A DNA stretch of 62,880 nucleotides, filler included, from Choristocarpus tenellus KU-1152 (Eukaryota; Protista; Phaeophyceae), in NCBI GenBank assembly GCA_964200185.2. It is 10 parts of 10 records of this genome, joined end to end, with 100 filler letters (N's around TTAATTAATTAA, not from the genome) between each part and the next. Parts side by side here need not be neighbours in the genome. Positions count along the whole stretch, not along the records: positions 20,038 to 30,733 come from CAXNAD020002776.1; positions 30,834 to 33,458 come from CAXNAD020026172.1; positions 33,559 to 45,191 come from CAXNAD020002214.1; 7 more parts are not named here. The stretch is one strand, 5' to 3'. The position numbers and the translations under genes were made by a program. Shown here one piece after another: positions 26,451 to 39,399 of this stretch (position 1 is the first letter of the stretch; the number at the start of each line of letters is the position of its first letter). The notes under the pieces were generated by a model that was not told where the DNA came from, did no database searches, and saw nothing but the letters and a program-made list of their open reading frames with translations.

Positions 26451-29400
26451 TTTGATTTGTATTACTTCACTTGCTGGCCATCTCCAGAGGAACCCACTTG
26501 TCTACAGTGACAGGTTCAGAGGCAAAGGCCAAGTCAGGGATCGCTAAAATCTGCCAAAACCCCAATGTGACAACTTGTTGGCGTGTTGATGGCAATAGAA
26601 GTGGCCACGCAAATGAACAAACCACTTTTTGAAGATTTTACTGACCGCTTAGTTGGTTCTGTGGGAGATGAACTTCCTTAACCTTGGTCAGACGACCTAA
26701 CTCCTTCGGAAGGATACCTGAAAAAAAAATGCCGAAGGAAACCTTGCAATTTGTCACAGGGGGCACCAAGAAAGTCTCGACAGGTACTCTCAGGTTCACG
26801 TTGCAATTGTCTAGTCATTTCAAAACGAGCAAGGCACAACATTTCAAAGCTAAGTTTAATTTGTTGTGATGAGAAGAATCTAACGAACACTCCAACAAAC
26901 ATTTATGAAAGGCCATGAATGTGGTGATCACAAAGCACATGTAGGTAACTCCAGCTTCTTCGACAAAATGACGCCAAACAATGTATGTACCCCCTCAGCA
27001 ACCTCTCCTATGATACCTGATTGTCATCTGCTAAAACTCAGTTGCATATTTCCAGACAAGCAGATCTCACTGCAACAAATGAACCACCTTTTTTCTGTTT
27101 TCCCAAAAATTAGGTTGTTTGAGCGGAATCAAATTTCATTACAGATATCAATCATTGTAGCTGTAACGATGATTACTATGATAACTTCTCTATGTCAAAA
27201 AACGTCCGAATTTTTTGTGCTTAGTTATCTTTAATTTGTCATTTGGAGAGTCACCACAAACATCTTGTGGCATATTGTATGATCCTCTCTATTTCTTCTA
27301 ATACTGTCTACCTTACATTGGAAGCCAAACCATGCACGACTAGCACCTCTCCTTCAGAAAGAGTTTTGTTATCCACACGAGGGGGCCATGAAGAAGAGCG
27401 TGAAACCTATCTGTACCCTATAATGTACCACATATAGCACCCCTCGACTACTAGACTACACTGATGTTTAAAATGAACTAAAAATGATTGTATGTATGAA
27501 GGTTAGCATATTCTACTATCAGTATACTTTAACTATGTTTGGAACTTTGTTGCTGCCACTGATAATCAGAGATTTTAATGATTTAAATACATGAAATGTA
27601 ATTCTAGGCAAACACCCTATTCTACAATTACATTGCAAATATTATATTGGAAAGCCTTGATTGTAAGCAATACAGACTCCATCGTTGTGTTTTTACGTGT
27701 TGCTTCTTCCTTATGTAAACAATTGCAATAATTACAAGAGTCATAAAATAAAAATAAAAATGACCAGGTAGTACTTTGTACCACATCTTTTCCCCTGGCG
27801 GCAGAAGCTCGTAATTTGCTTTCCCGAGTAATATATAGCAGCTCACAGTAACTACAACCCTCTCAGTCAATCCTCAAGCGTGAAAGGCTCAGAATTAAAC
27901 CCAGTTCTTTCAGAGCGAAAAAATATCTTGGGAGGTGCAATAACCTCTATTCCAGTGAAATGTGTGTAGTGCATGTGCAAGGAGCAAGCTCACAGATCAG
28001 CTACATGATACAAAATACGAAACTCTACTAAATTTATTATTCAAGAAGCATCAGAAACATTACTCACCGCTCAGCTGGTTCTGTCCCAAGTCGAGCACGT
28101 GTAGCTTAACAAGGCGACCCACCTCCACCGGAATGGCTCCTGTAAATATTGCGTAAAATTCTTGACATGAATAGTTGAAAAAACGGTACTAAAAAAGGCG
28201 ACTTAACCGAGCAGTTTTTCCACCAACAGAGGAGAGACCACTGCAGAGACGGAATATGACTCATGCAGAAGAAACTAACAGTGGTGCTGTAGTACAATTT
28301 ACAAGATCTGGCCACCCATTCCCAAAACGTGGATGTGGATGGTGTGAGCTTAATACAGGAATCTTCTTGCTATGAAAAGGTAATTAATTGTGGGGCTAGT
28401 CAATATCCTCAAGAGTGCCTAATACCTCGAGCTTGGGGGGACAAATTAGCAATCTCCTATTATCCCGTCTCTTCAGAACAACACGGCAACATGCAAGCTG
28501 TGATCTACATTATGCTCCAAAAAACTCTGTTCCTAGACTAATTCAATGTGTGGCACACTCTGCTCGAGGACTTTCCGGATCATGGTGTGTCAACCCCCCA
28601 ACCTCTTGGGAATTATACACGTGAGGGGTATTGATCGACCTGTACAACATTAATATATATTATATTGGGTGGATCACTGCTACAAGACACTGCATACATG
28701 GATGAGACAGATGAGGGTGCACCTTGAAGCTCTGGAGTGTAAAAACTATTTGTACAGATTATCACAGACCGACCCAAATGGCCTAGAACGTATTATGTTC
28801 AGTGGGAAACATGCGACCGTACTTTTCTTGATAATAAGATATTACGATAAATCCGATAATAGAGTGTCACAGTTTAGGTTCGGTCTTAAATTCTAAAATA
28901 AGTGTGAGTGAAAGTATCTTAGAGGGTACGAGTTTTGCCCTGTTTGTCCCTTTGGTGCTTGGCTTCCCATGTTTTTTTTTAATGACATTTTCCTACTCCA
29001 AAATGTTTAGGAGTAGGTAAAATGTATACATTATGAAAAGGTGTGTCTGGAACAAGGATATTGACACTTATTAACATGATAGCCAAAATTACATCAAAAT
29101 CACATCATTGGATTTTGACCCCCAGATGGACACCGCTCTACCCTCTAAGATACTTTGGCTCAGTGTTAAAACGGAGATGTGTGGTCTAACGCACTTTTTC
29201 ACATTAAACATCTTCCAACCCCCCCCCCCCCCCGACAATCTCCACAACAGGAGGTCAGGTTTTCACCCTGTTCACTGTCATTTTAGAAATTCAATATTTC
29301 TAAACATAGTAAGAGCATTGTGGCGAGTGTTCCCTATCGCAATCTCAGAATGCCTCAAAGTATCCGCGAGGGGGTGGCGGCAGTCCATTTGGGGCCCATT

Positions 29401-30575
29401 TTTCTATGTAGGGATTTGAGTGATTTGATTGCATGGGTCGGATGGATAATGTAAGTGCACTTTTCATGGTAAGGGCCCAAATGGACAGCCTGGTGTAGAG
29501 CCCCCCCCCACCCCCACCCCCCATATACTTTGAGCGAGATCTGGTTCCTAAATCGGGCTATATACTATTGATCAAGTAAAAAAACAATGGTGGAGTGAAG
29601 TCAGAATAAGGACGTTGAAACAGGACCGAACTTATGTGGTATTAATTATATCCACCGTAATATAAACATATGACCCTATCCCTGACCCTCCAAATTTAAT
29701 GAACAATATAATGTATTTTATTATGGACATGTATGGGGATCTGGTTATCATGTATCGTTTCGGTCGTGTTTGATCCCTTTACTGGAACATTTTTTTATTT
29801 CGCCGAGTAGTGTTTTACAGTGGTATCTTGATCGGCGTGCAAAACATGACCTATCTTTCCAAATAAATTGATGTGCAGCGACCAGGTTTTTCTTAATGTT
29901 TGTTGTTCTGCCTGGACTGTAGAGGAAGTCAGTCTCTTGACCTTTCAGGATTTCAACGTGGTAGACATCTCCAAGCTTCATGTCTCCATGTTCGATCTAC
30001 TTCAACTACATACCTTCCCGAATTTACAAATGGTCATAGTTTCCTGTTTGGTCATATTTCTGCTGAGTAGGGCACACTTGAATGCCGAGGTTTATTGCTA
30101 GAGTAACTAGGGTAACTTCTTCCAACTACCCACAAAGTAGCTTACCTTGTTGCTTCTAAGGCATGCTGAATACACCAGAAACAAAGATACCCTCATTTCT
30201 GTATATACACATTTCTGCCTCAGTCAGTCTGACCGATTTCCCCGCAGCTATTATAAAAATGATCCGAACAAGTCCGTGAGAATCAACGAGAGTATCGGGA
30301 AATACGGCATTATCAGTCTCACCCTAGGCAATTACTACTATGCAATAGAAGTAAGGTATAAGAGAGATCAAAATTGTGATGTCTTTTGCTGATTCAGTAT
30401 ATCCCTCTTGGTGATGCCGAGAGAGGGTCATAGTGGTTGCAATGGAGTACCCATACTTCCAGCCTTACGCAGCAGAAAATGGGACTCGAGAAAGTGAACT
30501 CACCACTGAGTCTATTGTGTTGTAGATAGAGCTCATTGAGGTTGTGAAGATCGCCTAACTCCTTCGGAATTTTAC
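25828..30575 (-). CDS. Leucine-rich-repeat protein gene fragment; five 72-nt (24-aa) phase-1 LRR exons
   Basis: Exons 30504-30575 (GKIPKELGDLHNLNELYLQHNRLS), 28068-28139 (GAIPVEVGRLVKLHVLDLGQNQLS), 26646-26717 (GILPKELGRLTKVKEVHLPQNQLS), 26270-26341 (GSIPEELGELTVLEQLHLECNRLT), 25828-25899 (GSIPEKLGELTALEELHLECNQLT). Each has a CAG acceptor and GT donor and fits the plant-type LRR consensus. Confidence 0.9.
28906..29161 (+). mobile_element. Sola2-like MITE, family A
   Basis: Same TIRs and body as 25373-25633; direct repeat agtgt on both flanks. Confidence 0.9.
29352..29536. mobile_element. Related MITE, family B (~185 bp)
   Basis: TIRs ctcaaagtat / atactttgag and inverted gtccatttgg / ccaaatggac; homologous to 35307-35437 and 45292-45332. 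Confidence 0.75.
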
Positions 30576-30592
30576 CTGGGAAATTTAGATAA

Positions 30593-30733
30593 GAGTGAAA
30601 GTATCTTAGAGGGTACAAGTTTTGTCCTGTTTGTCCATTTGGGGCTTGGCTTCCTATGGAATTTATTATGACATTTTCCTACTCCAAAGTGTTTCAGAGT
30701 AGGTAAAATGTATATGTTATGCAAAGGTGTGTC
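30593..30733 (+). mobile_element. Sola2-like MITE, family A, truncated by contig end
   Basis: Starts gagtgaaagtatcttagagggtac, 17 nt from an LRR exon boundary. Confidence 0.85.
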
Positions 30734-31559
30734 NNNNNNNNNNNNNNNNNNNNNNNNNNNNNNNNNNNNNNNNNNNNTTAATTAATTAANNNNNNNNNNN
30801 NNNNNNNNNNNNNNNNNNNNNNNNNNNNNNNNNTTCCCCCCCCCCCCCCCTTTCCCTCCCCCTTCCCATCATTTCTCCCCCCCCCCCCCCCCCCCCTCTT
30901 GTTTTGTTTTGTTTTGTTTTGATTTGATTTTCATGCCTCCCCCATCCTCCATTCCAGGGCTAAAAAAAGAATATCCATAGAGGAGGCACATCTGACCAAC
31001 TCCATGTTGGTGATCACCTGGGAGGACTAACATCACATCTGTGTTGTAGATGTGTCTTTTCTGTTGTTCGCTGTGGTTTAGGAAGGAGGATGAGTTCACG
31101 AGGGATGATGATAGACACTCTGGATGGGGTCTAGGGTCTAGAGAACGCCTGAGAGCTCTTACTTCGCTATCCTCGTTCGAGTGGTGATGCGCATCAAATT
31201 TGTTGTTGGATCTTTGCCAAACCCTCTGCCATTTTTCGGTCAGTGAACAACAAAGTTCGCAGACAATGCAACAATACCTTTTACCTTTTAGAAAGATGTC
31301 TTGCTTGCAAAAGAGCGTTGCGGAACTTGAGGGCGTTAAACCACTACAGGTAAAGAGGGAACTTGTATGTACATATATAGTGACTTGCGCCTTCAGTTTC
31401 TGCGTGCAGGGTTCAGGTTTGGCTTGGCAGGGACAGGATGAAGGATGTGGGAGACATGAACGTGTGTGTGTGTGTGCGTGTGAAGAAGCTGAAGATAAAT
31501 GTTTTTTCCCGCCTCCCCTCCTCATCCACCCTGTCCTGACATGGCATTTGACAGTATGA

Positions 31560-32200
31560 TATCTAGCTGTCTTCTTGCCCGGAGCAATAGTGCAAGCTGA
31601 TCCAGGGAATAATGAGGCACAAAGATGGGGGAAAGGCTAAGGGGTTCAACGGTGCTATTTGGAGACAAGCAGGGGACTTTGGTCCTATGGCAAAGATCTT
31701 CCTGGTGTAGGTTTAGCTGTACTGAGATGGATCATCATGTGTCAATCGGGGGGGTTGGTGGGTCTGAAAGGCAGAGGGGAGAAGCAATAGTTCAATGAAC
31801 TATGAGAGGTGTACTCCAATGACCCACCACCCTCGGAGACAGGATACTAGTTGCTGGAGCAATAAACCACTATATAGTGTAAACTATTCAACGACCAAAG
31901 GGAGAGAGGATTGCACTATTAGGTCTGAGATTGCCACTATCGTACATCTTAGATGTGAGAGCGATCATATGCCATTCTTGATGAGGTCTTCATAGATAGC
32001 CTCTTTGGTGGGGTTGAGAGGAGATGGAGCAGGAACCAGTAGGGATATGATACTGAGTCATATGTTGCCGTTCTTTCATGATGTACACCTTCTTTGTCCT
32101 CTGTAATTCCTTCCTTTGAAAGGTGGTGGGGAGATGTCAGGATCCGCGTAAACACTGTGCCTTCAACCCTCCTGCTATCTCAATGCCGACAAAAGCAAGT
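31560..32200 (+). mobile_element. Highly decayed Copia-like gag-protease fragment
   Basis: FSCTEMDHHV (knuckle-like) followed by RILVAGAINHY (WxLDSGAxxH-like); many stops. Confidence 0.35.
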
Positions 32201-33558
32201 CCACAACCACATAGATTTTGGACCTAATTTTGAGTCAAGACCCAGCATTCAGTGCACGAGCTGTAACAATTGGGGCACATGGTTTGGAACATATTGCAAA
32301 GAACGAGGACTCATTATGAGTTCTGTTTGAATACCTGGGAGATGAACGAGTGGGCTAGAATAATAGAGACGTCCAAGATCATTATTTACCTGTTGTCATG
32401 TGCACTCAGATTCCATGCACCTTTCCAAATGTTCATAGTCACTCTGTGTGCTTCCCCCCGATGGATCTATGTTTGTGCCTCTTCGTTTTGGGCGAAAGCA
32501 GGCTGGGCTAGCGATGAAGGAAACTGGCTAGTACGGTGCTGATAAGGGTTCTCTTGTTATATTTTTTAGTCAAGTCTAAAGTCTTGGTCGCAGCTATGTA
32601 CACCAACTGAGATCTTACAGCCACATAAACGGTAAAATCTTGTTCATTAATCGAAGAATACACCCCTTTAGTGTTCCGCTCTTGTAACGCAATATTACTA
32701 TTGATCTTTTTTAGCGCTACAAACACCGAAGTATTTGCGGACAATAGACATCACGAACTGAATCGGTACAATTGTTTTCTGAGCAAGTAAATCAACCGAA
32801 GTGTCCAAACAATAAAGAGGAAATAATGAAACATGCCACGGGGTGCTTCTTGGGCAACAAGAGTTACTGCAGAGCCAACTGACTTGAGCTTACTTGAAAA
32901 TTGACGCCATGAGTTGTAATAATGTTATGTTTTTATCTCATACATTCAACTCATGGAAATTTCTACGACTGTGCCAATTCTAGTCTCCACATCATTGAAA
33001 GTGTGGTATGGAGAGGTTCAAGACATTACGTCATGTTAGTGGTTACTTTGGTCGTATCTCCTGCGTTGTGAAAAAAGGAAAGGAGCTTGTGCTTTCTACT
33101 CTTGCCCTTGCAAACTCTGACTTCGTTTCGCATTTGAGGTACGTTGACTGTTTATTTTCAGAGTTCAGGGCTGTGTTGGTGTCTCTGGGTCGTCCGTACC
33201 CACTGTTGTGTCTAGTAAAGTTGTGTTCCTGACCGAAAGCCTGCCGTGCCAACGGTTATTGCTTTTCTAATGTATCCTCCTTTATAGACTAGAACATAGC
33301 TGTCGCATACTAAGTTTACCGCCTCGTCTCTTTTGACCAACGCTCCTTGTTCAATGCTACTCCTCCCCTCTTCTGATTTGGTCACCCATGGACCCAATGG
33401 AACGATTGGCGGGAGTCTACCAGGGCAATCATTGCGGGCAGCCAACAAATCTAGAGAGNNNNNNNNNNNNNNNNNNNNNNNNNNNNNNNNNNNNNNNNNN
33501 NNTTAATTAATTAANNNNNNNNNNNNNNNNNNNNNNNNNNNNNNNNNNNNNNNNNNNN

Positions 33559-34255
33559 GTAACAGACCAATCAACAGTCAGTGTTGATTGGTGGAACTGT
33601 ATCGTATCAAGGAACAAACAGTTGAGTAGCCTATGTTTTAACACTGCAAAGCACCGATGTATTTGTTCTGTTGCAACTGAAGTCATTGATCTCTCAGTCA
33701 AGAATGATATGTGATGTGATTTCAGTGTTCATGAGATACTCAAGGAGAGAAGTCCATACTCTGTGGAGAGGCTTGTTACCTTGGCTGGCAAGGTTTCCGT
33801 AGATGGTTTTAACTCTCATTGTATTAGATCCAAGTGTGCGTCAGGTGCACTTATTGCAGAGTGAGCTTGGTGCACTCTGAGAGGCATTGACAACCAATGA
33901 AAAAATAATAACTAACCATTAACTTGCATCTGGGGTCTTCTGCTGATAAAAGGAAGAAAAGAGATGACAGAGAACAACAAATAAAAAACAGAAGGTGAGA
34001 GAGGAGCGCGCTTGGAACAAGATCCGAAGTAACTTGGATAACGCTTGCTATGATGTTCCTGTGTGTGATATGTATCAACTGATGCTATACTTCCATTTAC
34101 TGTCATTGATGTGACGATGAGCTGAGATGCATAATAAACAAATGATCAATAACAACCAGTTTAGTGGACCAATCAACAGTCAGTATGAGCTGGTAGTTTT
34201 GCATCATATCAAGAAACAAATGAGCAGCCTATGTTTTAACAGTGTCTAACCCAGA
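33559..34255. repeat. Two copies (33565-33642, 34115-34250) of a dispersed repeat also at 49693-49826 (reverse strand)
   Basis: Shared accaatcaacagtcagt...gcctatgttttaac. Confidence 0.75.
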
Positions 34256-34479
34256 GATACCGTCACCAATGAGTGATAGCAGTAACGATTGCATCATACT
34301 CTCTTAATGTACTACCTTCATGCCATAAGCCTGTGCCACGTTGTCCACATGTTTTGAAGATGTTGATGAAATTCATTTCTGAACGAAGATTTGGAATCCT
34401 TGACGAATTTTTGGTGAGGTTCAGCTCTTTTTATTATTATTACTCCCCATCCACCACAATTTTATCAGCCACAGAGAAA

Positions 34480-35306
34480 GTAGTATCCATGTCTACCTTC
34501 GCCGTGTTTTCAACCTCACCAGACAGCTGCCTCTTCCTTACCCCTGTGTGCTCCACACTGAAGTCATTCCCCCCTTTGTATCAAAGTACTTGATTGTACA
34601 CCACAAAATGGAGCTGCCAAGCCCTATCAAGTGTGTTTTCATCATACTCCTCTGAATGTTTCTTAAATGACCTTCACCATCTCCCGACATTTCAAAGACC
34701 TCAAGAAGCACAGGTCCGTGATCTTGAGGTCAGGGGAGTTAGATGGCTGCGGCACAAGCCTAATCAACCAGCCCTCAGTCTTCCCTGCCCCTGACAAAAT
34801 TTCTGAGTTGCCCTTGCCAGTGCGGGGGGTGGCACCATCTTGCTGAACGACAGCGTGCTTCCCCTGCAACCAAGCCATCTTGATCTTGATTGCAGGCAGT
34901 ATCTCCTCCGTGTACCACTCCCTGTACCACAAGTGGTCTGAAGTACAGTCCTGCTCATACACATCCCCCTCTTTTTGGTTCTTGATTGTCCTGTCTGCCG
35001 TTTTTGGCGCACACACATGACAAACACCAAGCTTACCATCAAAGCTGTGAGCCAAATCTGGGCGGGTGTTGGCTGCAATGATCATGGTTTGGGGGATATG
35101 TCTCTTGCGCTGCACAGTAGGGGACCCTGGAAGGTTGCTATCATCCTCATGCGGAAACACCCTAAACTTTCCCTCATCGGTCATCACGTAAAACCAGGTT
35201 TCAGCCACAAGGATTGTGTTCGCCATGGAGGCGTACACACCATGTTTCCGGTCCACTTGATCGCAAACAAAGTCCATTCTCCATACCTTTCGCGAAGCTT
35301 GGGTTT
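34480..35306 (-). mobile_element. Decayed mariner-type transposase (plant-mariner/DD39D-like), 5'-truncated by a MITE
   Basis: VAETWFY (first Asp lost), QQDGATP, QPSNSPDLKITDLCFLRSLK (40 residues between 2nd and 3rd Asp), frameshifted C-terminus KGGNDFSVEH. Confidence 0.85.
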
Positions 35307-35437
35307 GGCTCAAAGTATCTTGTGGGGGTGGCGAGGTCTACACCAGGGTGTCCATTCGGGCCCTGACCAAGAGAAGTGTGCACTTACATTATCCATCCCA
35401 ACACATGTAACCAAATTCACCCAAACATTGCGACAGA
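35307..35437. mobile_element. Truncated MITE family B
   Basis: ggctcaaagtatct terminus; reverse complement matches ~29400-29536. Confidence 0.75.
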
Positions 35438-35758
35438 GAGTCAAAGTATCTTAGAGGGTAGGGGCGCTTTCATTTGGGGCCCAAAATCCAATGTTGCGAT
35501 TTTGATGTAATTTTGGTAATCATATTTGTTAGGAAGCGTCAATATCCTTGCTCCAGACACACCTTTTCATAATGTATACATTTTACCTACTCCGAAACGT
35601 TTTGGAGTAGGTAAAATGTGTAAGTCATGAAAAGGTGTGTCCGGAACAATGATATTGACACTTCCCAACAAATATGATAGCCAAAATTACATCAAAATCA
35701 CAACATTGGATTTTGACCCCAAATGGACGAGGCCCTACCCTCTAAGATACTTTGACTC
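35438..35758. mobile_element. Fully palindromic (fold-back) version of MITE family A, 321 bp
   Basis: Two ~160-bp arms, inverted about 35598/35599, both corresponding to the long arm of family A; no TSD (caga/tacg). Confidence 0.9.
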
Positions 35759-37982
35759 TACGGTGCTGTGTCGAACGGGTGACACCAACAGAACAAGGAT
35801 AGATATCCATTGATCATCCTTCCCCATACCCATCTTCCAACGCCGATATGAGGTGCTTGCTTGAATAGAAACAAGTTCTGAAATAGCACACAAGCCATAC
35901 ATTCTTAGCCTCTAAACGTTTGTACGACAAGGAGGAATTCAGCGCGGGTTCTAACTGTGTGTAGAGGAATATAGGAGGAAAGGTATACAGGTGAACACCA
36001 AAGATTGAGGCTGAATGATTCGGTTTATGCACGATGCGGCATGTTGGTATTGGAGCTACGATAGGGAGGATGATCTGGCAAATCATTCATCATGCGCGGT
36101 GGTGCCTGCTGAGAGTGGGGGAGGCAACGTTTCCTATGTGTGCTTGGGTTGAATGCTCTGGAATGACTGAGTATATGTATTCCGTCAAACTCACTTGATG
36201 CCTGCTGCTTTTGACATCCTGAAGTTCAGCGATTGCAACGCCTGTCCGTGTTTGTCCTTAGCAGTGGGGCGATGTGGGCGCGTTGCAAAGCGGGCAGCGG
36301 AGACTTGTACGGGAGGAGAAGGCACGTTTTGAGTTAGCCACTGGTCCGGATGGAGGGCTCGCCACGGGTGGGTTGATTTCGGTCTCGATTTCCGTGCACC
36401 TCCTTCTCTCGTACAGAACAGGGTCAGCTATTTATTCACCTCCCACCCATATAATGTGATACTAACATACGTATCTGAGGTACATACGTTTACGGTTGAT
36501 GTATTATGGTTTGGTACAGAATCTAACATAAGATACATATGAACAATAAATCGATCTGCATCCGTTACGTATTGCACTCCTTCTCGTGTCTCCACCCAAT
36601 CAGGTTTTATTCCTGCATACCTTGCATGAAAATACCTGTGTCATTAAACATCAAACCAATATATATATATGTTTTTAATATGAGGCAGAACACTAATATG
36701 TCCTTTCAAACATATCCTAAACCCATCCCAGCCACTCACTGTTTTTCGGAAGATAAATGTTAATGTAGTCTTTGTTGGGAATAAGTGAGGCATTCATTTT
36801 GTGGTACGATTGGATGCTACACAGGCATGCATGCGCCGACGACGTCATCGGAACTTGCCGTTATCCTCCAATAGAAGAAATAGGACACATATAGACATAT
36901 ATGATATCCACACCGGAGAAAAGAGCAAGAACGACTGTCTCTCAGCCGGGATTACGTTGGCTCTTTTATTCTACACATTCTTTGTCTACCTTGGCATGTA
37001 TTTTTATTATTATGACCTCTAACAAATACTTGGCATATATCATTCCTTGATGCGACAGTCTACTTTGGAAGCACGTCAGAGGTAGTAGGGCAGACGTCAG
37101 AATCCCACGTCGCATATGGAATCACATATCCATGTATTTATATTGTTCTGTTCTCCAATACTGAGGTATCCAACCAAAGAAACAAATTCTAATTATTACA
37201 AAGAGAAACCGACCACCAAGCTCGGCCCACATCTAGTCATTCACCCCTTTCGATCAGGCAGAAGGAGCAGCAACACAAGTAAGGCAGAACATCTTGTGCA
37301 AAATAGGACAATAGTGAGGTGTACCTTATTTTGTGTATATGAGATTATTGTGTTGAATTGAGTCCATGTGATGTAACTAATGAAATAGTACATCCAGGTT
37401 ATGTATGGGATTATTTATTGTTATTTATTCTGCGTTCAACTACTTTGACATGACCGTTGACTCAGATAGGAAGCACAAATAAATAATAAACAAGCAATGA
37501 GAAGACCCCACAAAGGTCACTCTTCTTATTTCAATCATCCATTCTTTTTCACGTTCAGCAAAGGGGTTGTGTGAGGCTTCACACCCTCTTATCTTCACTA
37601 CTGAGAAATAGCATTACCTCCCAAGGTAATTTGCACACATCTAACCAGCCTTTGCACCTCCGTACGTGGGAAGGACGAGAACCATCGCTTCTCACACGTG
37701 GGATGGACACTCCAAGGCCGTTACGAGACGTTACCAACGCATGGGTTCCAGTCGCTGATTTGCAAAGGACACATCCCCCAATGCCGAAAAGGTATGACTC
37801 ACCCCCCATCACCACCATATAATATGGGAATACTTCGTCAATGAACGTACCAAACAAGATACGAATTCCAGCACCGTACTATACGATATCGAACCGAAAT
37901 ATGCAAAAATAAAGTTTATGGACGCGCCTTATGACGTCATCATTACAGCCTCACACCGTATAGAAAATCCGTAGGGCTAGGA

Positions 37983-39085
37983 AAAATGGTGGAGATTTCC
38001 GTGCAAACAACCTCCGAATGGAATTTGAAGAGAAAAACGGCCTCAGCGCTTCATAGAAGTAAGGCTTACAACCTTTTGATTTTGTTAGAAAGAATTGTGA
38101 ATTATCGAGAAAGATGGAAACGTGCAAATAATTCTTGAGAAAAATGCGGTTTTATGAAGACAGGATAAATCTATTGTCTTCTTCCTCAAACACGCGCCGA
38201 TTCGCATTCCCTCCCACATGTCGTCGTTCGGCGTCATTGGGTAGGTGGAACGAGCGATACGAGTACAAGAAGAGTATTTCACAAAAATGGAGATTACCGT
38301 GTAAACAACCTCCGAATGGAAATTGAAGAAGCAACGGCCTCAGCGCTTCATAGAAGTAAGGCTTACAACCTTTTGATTTTGTTAGAAAGAATTGCGAATA
38401 TCGAAAGATGGAAAAGTGCAAATAAATCTTGAGAAAAATATGGTTTTATGAAGGCAGGATAAATCTTTTGTCTTTTTCCTCAAACACGCACCCGATTTGC
38501 ATTCCCTCCCACATGATGTCGATTGGCGTCATTGGGTGGGTGGATCGAGCGATACGAGTACAAGAAGAGTATTTCACAAAAATGGAGATTTCCGTGCAAA
38601 CAACCTCCGAATGGAAATGAAGAAAAAAACGGCCTCAGTGCTTCATAGAAGTCAGGCTTACAACCTTTTGATTTGTTAGAAAGAATTGCGAATATCGAGA
38701 AAGATGGAAAAGTGTAAATATTGACAAAAATATGGTTTTATGAAGACAGGATAAATCTATTGTCTTTTTCCTCAAACACGCACCCGATTCGCATTCCCTC
38801 CCACATGACATCGTTTGGCGTCATTGGGTGGGTGGAACGAGCGATATGAGTACAAGAAGAGTATTTCACAAAAATGGAGATTTCCTTGCAAACAACCTCC
38901 GAATGGAAATTGAAGAAAAAAACGGCCTCAGTGCTTCATAGAAGTAAGGCTTACAACCTTTTGATTTTGTTAGAAAGAATTGCGAATATCGAAAGATGGA
39001 AAAGTGCAAATAACTCTTGACGAAAATATGGTTTTATGAAGGCAGGATAAATCTTTTGTCTTTTTCCTCAAACATGCACCCGATG
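37983..39085. repeat. Tandem array, ~297-bp unit, ~3.7 copies
   Basis: Units start atggagatttccgtgcaaacaacctccgaatgg at ~37985, 38285, 38580, 38872. Confidence 0.92.
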
Positions 39086-39399
39086 CACATATCCTCTCAA
39101 AACACCTCAGCCGACATTATGAATGTAACAATTAAACAGACCAGACTAAATTTGCTTATCATCAAAAACAACCCCTATACACACACAGTTTTATCCAGAC
39201 GATTGAAATAGAGGAAATTGTGTACCTCGCCCATTGAACACTTCTACCTTAAACATGTCGTTGGGGGTAGAGAACATACTCCATCCCTAGGATGAGAGAA
39301 AATACATTTCCCTGTCGTTAGCGTGCATTGGACACAATAAGAAGGTCATGTTCATCCTCTCTTCTGAATTACATATCTCATCAGGAATCCCACCGTGAC

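Noticed and set aside
31082-31350. Selenoprotein or readthrough exon with one in-frame TGA
   Set aside because: No recognisable protein family or SECIS; more simply a degenerate or chance frame.
30869-31525. 218-aa minus-strand ORF
   Set aside because: Runs through microsatellite and homopolymer tracts; no domain signature.
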